Assembly: GCA_013239625.1 (NCBI GenBank)
Contig: MU054220.1
Location: 7,847,367 to 7,911,366 of the forward strand
Direction: 5' to 3'
Source: Lama guanicoe
Taxonomy: Eukaryota
DNA length: 64,000 nucleotides
Shown in pieces: positions 1-12,598 of this stretch. Position 1 is the stretch's first letter. The number at the start of each line of letters is the position of its first letter. Under the pieces are notes generated by a model that saw only the letters and a program-made list of their open reading frames with translations, was not told the DNA's origin and searched no databases. Made by a program: the position numbers and the translations under genes.

Positions 1-1611
1 TTGAATTATTGATCAATGATAGCACACAGGAAATGTTTAAATGACATTGTAAAACCTGGTCCTTCACTGTACCCCATACAACTTGTTTGTTCCTTTAATC
101 AATGACAGATATATGAGGAGACATCAGCAGGTGGTGGGAAGCTGACGGGGGACACTGACTGTTTTAGTTGTGAGGGACAAAAGAATCAGAATCCAAAACA
201 ATCACAAGTGTCTGGTCCCGGGTCAACTAGAATAAATTAAATACAAAAAAGTTTATCTTAACAGTTCCTACATGGTACGTACAAGATAGTGAGAATCACA
301 TTCTGCTCTGTTCTGTCCAGAAAGAGTACTGATGCTATTGCATTCAGATTTAGATGTCTCATTTTTAAATTAAATCTTAAGCTTTTGAGCATTTGCCCCC
401 GGGCCTTGTAACTGGTTTTCAAGGGCACCACATTCCTTACCACATCGTGGACTTTAAACTTACTTTCTCTCTCCCTAAACACACCACTCCCTCTACCCCT
501 GGTATCAGTACAGCCAGTCATCTCAGTGCTCCTGAGAAGGTGTAAACACTTCGATTGGGGTAGACACATATACACGCACACACAAACATGCTCATCAAAG
601 CTTGCTTCCCCGGTGTCTAACGTGATACCTGCCATCAGAGGGCTTCTGACCAAATCTTCTGATCTATTACCTTGTTGAAAAAGCTCTTCTTTTAGAAGAT
701 TAAGATCTAAGTTGTTCTGGTGTCGTAGCAAAAGGTAGACCTGAGCAAAGCAGTTTAAAGCTACCGGGGCAGAGTTTAGCTCAACAATTGGGAACGTATT
801 CTAAGAGGAATAATTATCCAACGCATAGACTACTTATAAAAACACTGACTTTTCCGTCATTAAAATGTTCATACATTTTTATTTATTCCTTAGGAACATT
901 GCCTTTCACATAAAAGCATCTCAAAATTAGAATGTCTTGCATGTGATACGGTCTTAAAATTATTATAGTTATTATTTCCAGGTATTCCTGACCACCCAAA
1001 ATTGTCAGCATTAAACTTGAAGAATAGCTGTTACTGGATGGAAAGGCAATCCTAAGTGTCACCTTCCAGGAGTCAAACAGCCGTGGGAAGAGTTGGGTCC
1101 ACAGCGATTAGATGTGCAGTAACATTCCTGAAGCAGGCCAGTGGTGTGCTGCTCCCAAGGCTACAGATAAACAGGGGATGATTTTATGTGGAAAAAAATA
1201 ACCATCTTTGACTTGTGAGTTGGTTGATTCAAAATAACAATGTTTTAGGAGTGCAGAAATTTTAGAATTCATTAACCAAATGATGTGTTTTTATTTTGTT
1301 TTTGATGTACTCACGAAAGTAATGTATGAAAAAAATCCATGTCTGGTAAGTTTTAAAGAAGCCTTTAATAAGTATATAACTTAAATGCTGAGAAAGCATT
1401 CCAGAGTAGCTTAATTGGCAGTGTTTTTTTTCCTTTCAAATGGTAAAGTAACGCGTGACCAGCAATCAACTTTATATTCTATTAAGTATGATTTAGATTC
1501 TAGATTATGCTACCTTTAAAAGAGGCTGTTGAAGAGCGTACACTGGAAATGTCTGGACAAGTGGAACCTAACGTATTGCAATTGCAATTTAACTTTAAAT
1601 TTATTTGCTTA

Positions 1612-2030
1612 ATGTTTTGGGCTGAATAGCGTCACAATGAAGATGTGCTTAAGTCCTACCCCCCAGGACCTGTTAATGTGACCTTATCTAGAAACAGAGT
1701 ATGCAATCGAGTTAAGATGAGGTTATATTAAACTAGAGCCCTGATTCCAACAGGACTAGTGTCCTGGTAAGAAGAGAAACGAAAGAAACAGGGAGAACAC
1801 CATGAGAAGACACAGAAATCCAGAGGGAAGAGGGCCATGTGAAGCTGGAAACGGATCGGAGGTGTGACGCTGAAAGCCAAGAACACCCGGGGTGACCAGA
1901 AGCGGAAAGAAGCAAAGAAAGGATCCTCCCCTGGAGGTTTCCAAGGAAGCATGTCCCCGACAAAACCTCAATTTTGGACTTGTAGTTTCCAGAAATCTGA
2001 AATAATTCATTTCTATTGCTTTAAAATCTG
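1612..2030 (+). mobile_element. MaLR MLT1-type solo LTR
   Basis: Hallmarks: tgtgaccttat, gttaagatgagg, gactagtgtcct, ggccatgtgaag, ttttggact...ccagaa. Confidence 0.75.
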
Positions 2031-2034
2031 TAGT

Positions 2035-2462
2035 TTCCTAGAGTTGCCACAATAAAGTGTGACATGCTGGGTAGCTTTAAACCGCAGAAATGTATTCTTT
2101 CACTGCTCCAGAGGCTAGAAGTCTGAAGTCAAAATGTTTGCAGAACCATGATCTCTCAAAGACTCTAGGGGAGGATTTATTTACTCTGTCTTTTTCTTCG
2201 CCCCGGTGTCACTGCTAACAATCCCCCGCTTTTCATAGCTTCAACAGCGTAACTCTGTCTCCATCATCTCATTCTCCCCGTGTCTTCATTTCTTTGAATA
2301 AGGACACCAGTCATTCTGGATTTAGGGCCCACTCTATACCAGTATGACCTATTAACTAATTGCCTCTCAACCACCCTCCCTCCAAATCAGGTAATTTTCT
2401 GAGGTACTGGGTACTAGGACATCAATATGTATTTTTGGAGGACACAATTCAACTCACAACAC
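2035..2462 (-). mobile_element. MaLR MLT1-type solo LTR, opposite orientation
   Basis: ggctagaagtctgaagtcaa, ataaggacaccagtcat, tgaggtactggg...ggaggacacaattcaac. Confidence 0.75.
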
Positions 2463-4408
2463 TTGGGAAGTTCACAAAATAATGCTACTTCCCATATTGG
2501 TTAGCCAAAACTCTCAGAAGCATATCTTTAGTTTTATGATATTGAAAACATGGTTTCTTGTACATACCTCTTAATCCTTGCTATTAGGTAAAATGCTAAT
2601 TTGTGTTTACAAGGTGTCTAAATCATATTTTGGATCTTAAACACTCATAAATGTAAAGAAGGTATTTCATCAGGAGATCTGGCATGAAAATTTCATTACA
2701 GTATATATTTCACTGTCCCTATAAGGAAGAAATAGGGACCACATCTGGAACTCTGAAATTTTAATATTCAAGTTAATTACTAATTATTAACGAAACAAGA
2801 TGGTAATATCTCATCTATTCTTTGAAAAACTAAGATTTCAAAATAGAGAATTTGAAAGACATGACGGATATACAATTTAATCATATTTCAACCTAGTAAC
2901 AATAAGCTGCCAACTTAATGTGGTTATCAGTATATTCTAGATGGAACCAACTGCTTCCAAAGATTAACGGGTCCAGCTGGTGTCCACTTACATTTCCAAT
3001 ATGACAGTTTAAACCCCTAGAACCCATGTTTATGTATCTTCTTTCCTTAATAAATTACGACCTAATTTTTCAATGTTGTTCTCAGTATAAGCGCCATGAC
3101 TAATAGAATGAAACACGTGAATTCTTTCTACAATGATTTGGAAATTCGATTCAAAGTGTGTACCCTGTATGTGTGTACATACACGTGTGAGTGCAAGACC
3201 ATTTGTGATGATGGATTCTGCTCACAGTAGGAATGAAAAAGAGCATTTCACTCAAAAACGAATTTAGAGTAGTTTTATTTTCATGGTGGAGGAGCCACCA
3301 ATTTCCCTTCCAGTAGACCCAACACAATTCAAAATGTACTAACATCTAATTGGAACGCACCATCTGTTAACTAGAAAAGTGACTTGCGTCACATCTGTCA
3401 ATTCATCTGTCAGGTTTGGGATGAAGAAAAAGCACTCGTGTAAACTTCTTCCGTGGTTAATATCCGGTGTAATTCATAGCAACACTCTAATGAGTCTCCT
3501 AGGCTTTAGGCTTATTTCTTGCCTCCCTTAAAGTCAACTTCTCCTCCTACCACAGAAAAAATAAGAGCGTTTCTTTCCATGAAAAATGAGACAAGCTGGT
3601 GCGGGAGTGATTGAACTATGATAAGGGAGTCTTAAAAGATTTATCCAAAAGGAATGTGATTTTAGGGGTCCTGAGGAGAGGCAAATTATCTAGTTATATC
3701 TGTAAGCTCCTGCAGGGTGGGAAGGCCTTTCAATAAACTGAAAAGAGAACTGACAACGCTTTCTCTAACTTCCTGTTGCGAAGTTACAAGTAAGGGGCTA
3801 AAGCCATTCTGCTCAAGGCCCAAGGACTTCAGCTGCTCCAAAGCGCCTCTGTTAACCTGGCATTAAAGACGCTCAAGTCCACTTTTCCCCACCCAGAAAT
3901 AAAGAGGCGAGTCCCCTTCATCCACAGTGTATCCTGGGCGGTAGCAGGCGGCTGGCCGGGCTCCAGGCCGCGGCCCTCGTGCTCCGCGCCGCCCGGAGCG
4001 CCGGTGCCCCCGCCGGCGCGGCGCCTGTCGGGCGAGACCCAAGGCTCAGTCACGGCCCCCGCGGTGATTTTATGCTTGCAGGGCTGCCCGGGATGCGAGG
4101 TCCCCGGCGGCGGCGGGCTGCAGAGCAGCGGCTCCTTAGGAAAGTCGCGCAGAGCAGGAGCCGCTTCCAAGTTGTCTTTTTTTTCCCTCCTAAACAAGCT
4201 ACCATAAAAATACTATGATCCGAAGAAGACAAGGGGTATCTGCTTACCTTCCGTATTTCTCAAGGTCCCGAAGAAAGAGCAAAAGGAAAAATATAAAAGG
4301 AGGCAGAAAATCATAACAAGCTTGGAAAATATGAAACGGAAAAAAACCTACCGTCTACAATACTGAAAAACAGACTAACGGAGAAAATAAAAACCAGGAA
4401 ACACTCAC

Positions 4409-4465
4409 CCGACAGAGCGGAGGAAAGCGTGGATCTTCCCTGGAGAGCTCGGAACAAACTGAGCC
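4409..4465 (-). other. Candidate non-coding first exon of the leftward gene
   Basis: TATA-like TTATAT on the minus strand at about 4478-4483, followed about 75 nt later by CGG|GTGAGT. An alternative donor AAG|GTAAGC at 4248 would extend it. Confidence 0.5.
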
Positions 4466-4958
4466 AGAGAAGCCCGGATATAAGGAGCAGGTGTGGACCT
4501 GGCGCCCCGGGCCCGTTAACAGCCCTTAATCACCGCAGCTGGCCCGGCGGAGGCCGCCTCTCCCGTCCGCCGCCTCTGCAGAGAGTAGAGAGAAGCTCTA
4601 ACTTCTTGAATAAAACTTGGGAACCACACTCAAAAGAAAGCGATTCGTCTAGGTGCCACACCACTGTGGGTTATCAAGCCCCAGATAAAAGAACAAAGCT
4701 TGAGGAAACTCTAGACTTAATATCAGATGCTGAAAAAAAAATGTAAGAAGAGATAGAAAGCAGCTTAAACTCAGGAATAAATGCAAGTTATGTGTTCTCC
4801 CTGGAGATTAGAAGCACCTTGTCAGCTGAAGGGGGCTGGAGAGGGATTCGAGGAGGTAAGCTGCCCAAATGGGAAAATGCCCGAGGAGCCGACATGCCGC
4901 GAAACAACACTCCACTCCCGTACAACAAGACGGCGCGCCCCTGGCGCTGCGCACTCTC

Positions 4959-5025
4959 CTTTTTATAATGATAGTGGCGCATGCGTAGTGTTCATACTGC
5001 TGACTCACGCTACTGGCGCATGCGT
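4959..5025 (-). promoter_or_regulatory. TATA box plus two NRF1-type sites and an AP-1/ARE site
   Basis: Minus-strand TATAAAAAG at 4967-4959; GCGCATGCGT at 4977-4986 and 5016-5025; TGCTGACTCA at 4998-5007. Confidence 0.6.
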
Positions 5026-5199
5026 ACATTTACCCCTCACCAGGTGCAAGCTGTTGTGAACTTCGGCCTGGGCCCCACGACCTACTTACTTAGGGCTGCC
5101 AACACACCTCTATTTTGGCAGTTGTGGGGAGCCGCAGCCTGGCTTTCTCTGAATTCCCCCTTTCACACCCAGGCCCGCTCTCAACAAAGACCTCGTTGG

Positions 5200-5670
5200 T
5201 CCTTCCAATAAAAGGAACAGACTGTTGGGAAAAACAGGTCTGTAGCTACAAAGGAAAACCACCCACATCAGCTCTATTCATCAACCTAATTCCTTGTGGT
5301 CCCAAGTTGTAAGCAGTGATCACCCAGTGTGTTAAAAACAACACAACAAACCCAAAACGGAGTCGCTTATACTAAGCTGCACATTGCCAAACCAAGACCT
5401 AAACTTAATTACGGTTTCGACCCTCCCAGAAACAGAAGAGTCAACCAGGAATCACCTGATCAGCACTAGTTAAGTAATCTGCCTGAGACGCCGCTACCAT
5501 CCCCTAATGGAAAGCAATTGTAATAACCAACCCGCTTTTTCTGGACAGTATAACTTCCTTGTTCCCACTTGCCTCTGCCTGTAAGACACTCATATTGTAC
5601 AGCTCCCCTATCTGCTAGATCGGATGCTGCTCAACTCGAACTGATTTTTATTCAAATAAATTGTTAAAAA
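5200..5670 (+). mobile_element. ERV-type solo LTR (family not assigned)
   Basis: LTR-like text (aaacggagtcgcttatactaag, cacctgatcagcactagt, aacttccttgttcc) ending in AATAAA, then interrupted by L1. Confidence 0.55.
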
Positions 5671-5679
5671 AATAAAATA

Positions 5680-6125
5680 AAATAATGTGATTTGCAGCAA
5701 CATGGATAGACCTACAAATTGTCATGCTAAGTGAAGTAAGCCAGAAAGAGAAATAAAATACCATATAATATCACTCATATGTGGAATCTAAAAGAAAAGA
5801 AAAGAAAAAAGGACACTATGAATTCACCTACAAAACAGAAACAGACTCCCAGACATAGTAAACAATCTTATGGTTACTGGGGAATGGGGGTGGGAAGGGA
5901 TAAATTTGGGAGTTTGAGCTTTACAAATTTTAGCCACTGTATGTAAAAATAGATTAAAATTTTTTTTTCTTCTGTATAGCACAGGGAACTATATCTAGGA
6001 ATAACCTTTAATGAAAAAGAATATGAAAATGAATATATGTATGTATATGCATGACTGGGACATTGTGCTGTGCTCCATAAATTGACACATTGTAACTGAC
6101 TGTACTTCAATAAAAATAAATTTTA
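5680..6125 (+). mobile_element. L1 3' end, relatively young, camelid-like
   Basis: gcagcaacatggatagac...ctaagtgaagtaagccagaaagag...tgactgggacattgtgctgt...tgtaactgactgtacttcaataaaa. Confidence 0.85.
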
Positions 6126-6379
6126 AAAAATGTCTATCCTGTATGCTACCAAATACTGAATGCATTTTAATACTTATATGAGAAATAGCTTTTGTCTATG
6201 AAATGTTAAGATAGGCCCTCATAAATCATTAGGTTTCTTTGGAAATCAGCAGATAAACTGAATATTAATATATACCCTTTGTTTATTTTCTTGAGATATC
6301 CTTATTGAAGTGCATCAAAATACCAGAAGCCAAACTTTTACTATTCATGGGGGAAAACTATGAGAATAAGATATCCTAT

Positions 6380-7062
6380 TGATAAATGCCAGCCACAGAG
6401 AGCACACGGCAAAGATGCCGTCTGTTCTGTGCCTCTGCACGGGAAGACCGTGACCTGACGAGTGGAATCTATGGGCAAAAATGAGGCTTAATAAAGGAAA
6501 GGAGGTTCTATCTGGTCATTTAAAAGGGAAAGATTCTTTTCAGAGAGAGTGCATTCATAAAAGTGGACTTTGCAGGTTTTATTCCCTGCTTTCATTTCCT
6601 TTTCCCCTTTCCAACAGCTTCTAATGTTTCTGGTGTATGTACGGGGGGTGGAGAGGGGAGTCTACGTGGTTTCTGGGAAGCCAGCTTTACTCTATCCTCC
6701 AGGGATAAAACATGTGACCAAGACTAAGCCAATCAACAAGTTTGAGTCCAGGCCATAGTGATTGGCTCCTGTTTGCATGTGACGTAAACTGGTGTTGGCA
6801 GGGTGAGTCTCAGGATCTTTTCCTGGGAGTTTGCCGACGAACGTGCACCCTCTTTGATCCATGGATATGACAGTGAATGTGGAGTGCAAACCAGTGCACA
6901 TCCTCTTGAGAAGAGGGGGCAATAGGAAGATAAAATGGGCGTAAGGAAGAGGAAAGACAGGAAAGAACAGGATACAAAGAAGCAAGGGCCTTGATGCCAC
7001 AATGTATCTCTGGATGGAATCATGCCTGAAGGAAGCCATGTCTCTGGACCTAGTGACTGTAC
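6380..7062 (-). mobile_element. Probable LTR remnant (family not assigned)
   Basis: GC-elevated block with TTTATT at 6578, CCAAT boxes and TGACGT. Confidence 0.4.
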
Positions 7063-7859
7063 GTAAAAGTCAGTTTTCAATTTTTATTTCTGTTACTTTA
7101 AGTTTTATGTTATTTTTGAGCCTAAGCAAACTTATATAACCCATCACTTGAGTTGCAGAGATACAGATGTGGAAGAGAATTATAATACCAGCATTATGAC
7201 AGGCTGCTGTGTTGGAGAAATTTGCTACCATTTACTTTGAGCTACTAATATTTGGAAGGGTTTCCTTTTAAAATAAGGACAGACAGATATAGGGTTTTTC
7301 TATAATGACATCACCATCATTTAACTGGGAGTAAAAGGAGTATTTTAGTAACAATCATGGCAAGAATTGCGCATAGTAAGGCATTTTTCCCATTGTCTTA
7401 GCTCCTAAGTACATGTGTGCTTGTGAGTGTGAATATCATTCATCATGTGTTGCAGAGAGAAAGAGAGCAGGTGAGGATGAGTGATCTAGAAGCCTATTTC
7501 TGGAGAATGTTTCTAGGGCGATAAGACAATGAGCTAAAAACAGTAACACTGAACTAGCAACCTGAAGACCTACAAACCTTGAGATCTGTGATTCTACTTC
7601 ACCTGTGTTTGCAAATCATATCCTAGAAACTGGAATCTTCTCTTTGTTTTCATGCTTTTATATCAAAACATTTAATTTATTTTCATTTCTATTTTGTCTT
7701 TCTACACTACCAATAAGTGTGATTTTTAAAAAATTTCTGAATATAGTCATTGTTGCTCTAAAAGATTCAATTCTCTTTCCCTGGCCTGTCAAAAAAATTC
7801 AATGTCTTCGTCTATAATCAAAAAAAATAAATAAATAAAGTTTCAACTCATTATGTCAG

Positions 7860-8335
7860 TTTCAACATTTGGGCAAATTACTTAAGCTTATTGTGACTCT
7901 GCTTTCTCAATGTAAGTGGGAATCATAATACATTTAGGTTTTTAATGAGTTTTGAATAAGATCATGCAAGTAAAGTGCTTAGCACAGAGTCTGGGCCATA
8001 TTAAGTACTCAGTGATTGCCTCCATTTGACACGTAACTTAGAGGGCCCATGGAATATCTTCAAATGTTCAAACTTACACTGAGTCTAGAGAAGAAAAATA
8101 CTATTATATAATATATAAATGCTATTTATATATTACAGACACCAAAACATTTTGCTAGGTATCTTTTCTGTGATGCATAGAAATGAGTTTAGCATCATTA
8201 TTTCCAATCTACAGATGAAAAAACTGAGGCTCAGAGAAGTGAAGTGAATCTGCACACAAATAGAAAATGGAAAGTTTAGAATCCAACTCCAGCTGTGGTG
8301 ACCCTCAGCTAAGTATTCTGTCAGTCATCCTGACT
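7860..8335. mobile_element. Two MIR fragments
   Basis: ttgggcaaattacttaa...gtaaagtgcttagcacag; acagatgaaaaaactgaggctcagagaagtgaagtga. Confidence 0.7.
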
Positions 8336-8974
8336 CTCAGGTGAAAGAGCTCAGAAGACATCTGCACAAGATGACATGTGTACAGATAAAGAGAAGTTTG
8401 AACAGCCTAGAAATTGGTAGACAACCTATGCCTGATACACCATCAAAGATCAATAAGAATGTGTATGAGCAGGTCCAGTGAATGTAATGTACTTACTTTC
8501 ATCATGTCTTAAAAATATGGAACTTTGAAGAACTGGGGCCATTTTAGTCTATTCTTAGATCTGGATTAAAGAACATCTAGAGATTAAATAAATCTATGTT
8601 TCAACAATCAGATTTTGCATTAGGATACTACTTTAATTTTTCATGGCCACTTTACATAGTTTTTCTCACTTCTTTCTTTGTGGCATCCCTCTCTCTTGCA
8701 TGCTCAGAAAAATATTTAAATGTAAAAAGGTGAAAATTATGGTTTCTAGATTGAGCAATATGAACAATCTCATTTAACATTTTCTTGTAAATGATCTGGG
8801 TAAAACTCCTTTACTTAGAAATTTCCAGACTTGCATTAGAATGTAGTTTGGTGTGGGGAAAGTGACAGTTAACTAAGAATAAGCCACAGAGCTGTACTGT
8901 GGAGTGATGTGGATTTTGTATGTAGGACCAGGTACATTCTAGTGAGAACAAACACAGTGTAAAGTAGCACTTTT

Positions 8975-9915
8975 CTTTAAATTGAAACATACTTGATTTA
9001 CAAGGTTGTATTAGTTTCAGGTGTACAGCAAAGTGATTCAGTTTTACATATATATAAACATATATGTTCTTTGATTATAAGATGTTGAATATAGTTCCCT
9101 GTTCTATACAGTAGGACCTTATTGTTTATCTACTTTATCTACAGTCATGTGTATCTGTTAATCCCAAGCACCTAATTTATCCCACCCTGCCCTTCTACTT
9201 TGGTAACCATAAGTTTATTTTTATGTTTGTGAGTCTGACTCTATTTTTTACATAAGTTTATTTGTATTACTATTTTAGATTCCACAAATAAGTGATGTCA
9301 TGTGATAATTTTGTTTTTCTCTGTCTGACTTGGTTCACTTAGTATGATAATGTCTAGGTCCATCCATATTGTTGCAAATGGCATTATTCCATTCTTTTTT
9401 ATGGCTGAGTAATATTCCACTGTGTATAAATGTGTGTGTGTGTGAATCTACATGTGTGTGTATATATATATATATGCCACATCTTCTTTATCCAGTCATC
9501 TGATGATGGACCTTTAGGTTGTTTCCATGTTTGCTATTGTAAATAGTGCTGCTATGAACACTTGGGTGCATGTATCTTTTCTAATTAGAGCTTTTGTCTT
9601 TTCTGAATATATGCCCAGAAGTGGGATTGTTGGATCATAGGGTAATTCTACTTTTAGTTTTTTAAGGAACTTTCATTCTTTCTTTAAGGAAAGAATACTG
9701 GGCCGAGGGTCACAACACCTGGAGGTTCTCCATAGTGGCTGCACCAGTTTACATTCCCACTAACAGTGTAGGAGAGATCCCTTTTCTCCATACCCTCTCC
9801 AGCATTTATAGAATCTGTAGAATTTTTGATGATGGCCATTCTAACCAGTGTGACCTGACACCTCATTGTTGTTTTGATTTGCACTTTTCTAATAATTAGT
9901 GATAGTGAACATCTT
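8975..9915 (-). mobile_element. L1 3' end (ORF2 end plus 3'UTR)
   Basis: ORF 9684-9944 contains LIIRKVQIKTTMRCQVTLVRMAIIK, the L1 ORF2 C-terminus. Typical artiodactyl 3'UTR. Confidence 0.9.
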
Positions 9916-10575
9916 AGGTAAAGCCTTTGAAAAAGGTAGTCCAAACACTATCACAATGATAAAAATTTTTCTTTTACTTACAAATCATGGCAAAAGTCTG
10001 GAAGTCACTGGAAGCAGGACGATATAGTGTTTCAAACACATAATCAATTCAATGCTTGGTATCAGCATTAAAGGAAGTAGAGATGAATTTGTGTGGAAAT
10101 TTTATTTTTATTTTGGGGAAGCAATGGTACATGAGACCTCAAATAGTTTTTGCAGTTGTGAAGGCCAAGGTTTAAGAGATGGTGTTATTACTCATCTGCT
10201 CATCGGCTTTTTCACTTACTAGTGACACAGTAAAGGAGAGGGCTCAGTGTGCAGACGTCTAGTCTGACCAGCTGGGCAGGAGTAGCCCGTCTTTGCCAGA
10301 CGGCACCATGTACAGGGCTCCATGCAGCCTGACTTGATGACGGAGAAATCAGCACAGGCAGTTGCTAGGGAGCTAGGGCTCCAGCTAGAAAGAGGAGAAA
10401 GTTCACAGATCTGGAGGAGGTGGTGCATAAGCTGAGTGTGGAGCCAGTCTGGTTATTAAGGGTTGTGTATATCATGCTAGAGAGCTTAAGGTTCTTCTGC
10501 AGTGATACAGGATGCAATTAAGGTGTTCATGCTTTGAAGATACTGTCAATAAAGGCTCGTATTGCCACAGTCAAC

Positions 10576-11987
10576 TTAAGACTTGGAAGAGCTGGTCCAC
10601 TGGTCTGATTTAGTGCTACTATATTTTGTAATGTCCTTGTGAATCAAAAACCAAACCTATGGGATAGAATCGAAAGATTTTTGATACATCCAATACCATT
10701 TATTAAACCTAATTTAGGAGTTGAAAACTGCTATTAAAAGTTCTTGTACAATAAATGAAATAAATGCTTTTTTTTTCTTTTCATCCTTAAATTTACATTT
10801 GTTACACACACCCAGACTCTCTCCTGAGCTTCCCTAAGGACTGCTCAAGGAGACATCAGTAGAAAACTTTCATTTAATCCCTCAAATACTGAAAGTATCT
10901 GAAAGCTCTTTTCTTCACTTACCAAGAGCTGCTACTGTTTCGCGTCGACAGCACAGATGTTTCCCCTCTCCCTGTCGTCATAATTAGAAAACTCCAGCTC
11001 TGCTGTAAGGAAGCAGGAGCGATAAGGAATACTTTCGTTGGTAAGTTGCTTTATGAGGTATAAGTATATGTCTGTATAGTAGGGAATTATGCCAATGAGA
11101 ATGCTATTAAAAACATAAGGGTTTGGAAAAGGAAAAGAAAACGAAAATACAGACCTGATAGTTAAAAGGTACACTCTGTGATGCTTTAAACCCTAGAAAC
11201 AAAATTGCACTTGAATTTCTTTCCAAGTCCAAAAGAAGTTTTAGGGTAGATTTCTGCTTCTGTATCCATTCAAAGTGTCTTATAGGTCTTTGCACAACCC
11301 GTTGCTAATTGTCCTAGGGTAATCTGACCCTGTCCCTTTCTGAAGTTCTTTTTTTCCTGAGAGATAAATAGGAGCCACCAAAAATCTTTGAAATGAATGA
11401 GGTTGAGCTATACTCTTACCCACAGACCCCCAAGTAAAATGGAAGCCTTACAAATAAATCCTCTCCTTCAAACTGATGCTTATGAAACAAATATTTATTA
11501 ATAAGCTCTTGGGAGAAGTCCCTTTGCTTTGTCCTTTCAGGAGCTCCAGTCCCACCTTATGTAAAAGTTTACTTACAATGGGTACAATAAATTCCCACAG
11601 GCAAGGTTCTGTACCTAGTAGTTGACATCCGGCATCAAGCTGGACACCCGGTCTGTTCAGGAATAAAACCTTGAGAGGAGGTTAAAGCCTACAGGCTTCA
11701 CTGGATTCTTACACTATGTGAGTACAGAACCGGGGGATGCTTCTAGCATACTTTCAACAGATCCAAAATACATAACCTGAAGACCTCTCATTTTACCAGG
11801 GATATCCCATCTTTAGCATTCCTCATACTGGACAACGGAATACTGTTTTTACTGATAAAAAGCCATTTTTGAGCATTCATTATGCTGATTAGCAAAACAT
11901 TGGATTTTAACGGAGAAATGGATAACGGGTTGCCTGTGTACTGTGCTTTCTTTAGGGCACATAAATGGATCGGGATTAGCTCTGAAC
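10576..11987 (-). pseudogene. Cluster of seven 3' exons (11777-11987, 11577-11688, 11420-11478, ~11210-11356, 10923-11103, 10812-10843, 10576-10708), GREB1 C-terminal region, ending in TAA
   Basis: Short introns with compatible phases. Spliced C-terminus DIYLYL...GNICAVDAKQ*QLLQSLGKLRRESGF...P*VWFLIHKDI vs GREB1 GLLLYL...GATLCVICQDRSSLRQTVVRLELEDEW...PLFFLTGRHI. Confidence 0.8.
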
Positions 11988-12227
11988 CTAAACTGCACAC
12001 GTGTAACATTTCAGTAAGAAGTGAGTCGTTATTTTTTTTTTAAATAAAGTATAGACATTGCAAAATACCTCCCCAGTTTTAAACAGAGAGAATGTGATTT
12101 ATGATGATAAGGCCGAGATAAAAAGGCTTATTAGCTAGTTGCAATATATCAAAGACTAAGAAGCTTGAATTATACAAGTCTGTGCTAATTCCTGATCTCT
12201 TCTCCTGCAGCTTATGAAGCAACGTCG

Positions 12228-12598
12228 CTCAGCTGTCTTTTGGTATCCGTGGGGGACTGGTTCCAGGACCCTCTGCAGATACGAACATCCACAAATGCTC
12301 AATTTCATATATCAAATCGTGTAGTAGTTGCATACAATTTATGCATATCCTCCTGTGTATTTTAAATCATCTCTAAATTACTTATAATACCTAATACAAT
12401 GCAAATGCTATGAAAAAGCTGTATATACAATGTAAATGCTATATAAATTGTTGCCAGTGCGTGGCAAATTCAAGTTTTGCTTGTTGAAATTTTCTGGAAT
12501 TTTTTCCCCAAATATTTTCAATCCATGGTCGGTTGACTCCCTCCCTGGTTGGTTGAATCCACAAATGGGAAATTCGTGGGTACAGTGAGCCAACTGTA
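12228..12598. mobile_element. MER2-like Tigger DNA transposon
   Basis: cagctgtctttggtatccgtgggggactggttccaggac ... gagccaactgta; terminal inverted CAG...CTG. Confidence 0.8.

Larger units (their letters stand above)
3930..5150. promoter_or_regulatory. CpG island / promoter region of an unidentified minus-strand gene
   Basis: Dense CpG/GC patches (3930-4170, 4430-4580, 4880-5140) in an otherwise CpG-poor window. Minus-strand donors GTGAGT (4408-4403) and GTAAGC (4247-4242). Confidence 0.8.

Noticed and set aside
258..731. 157-aa minus-strand ORF
   Set aside because: Non-ATG start, runs through a (TG)n-like tract and probable CR1/L3-type remnant, no recognisable homology or splice context.
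3829..5312. Many overlapping GC-rich ORFs
   Set aside because: Expected stop-codon depletion in a CpG island; no protein-like signal.
10923..11103. TIR/SEFIR-like reading of the exon peptide
   Set aside because: Superseded by the colinear match to the GREB1 C-terminus.
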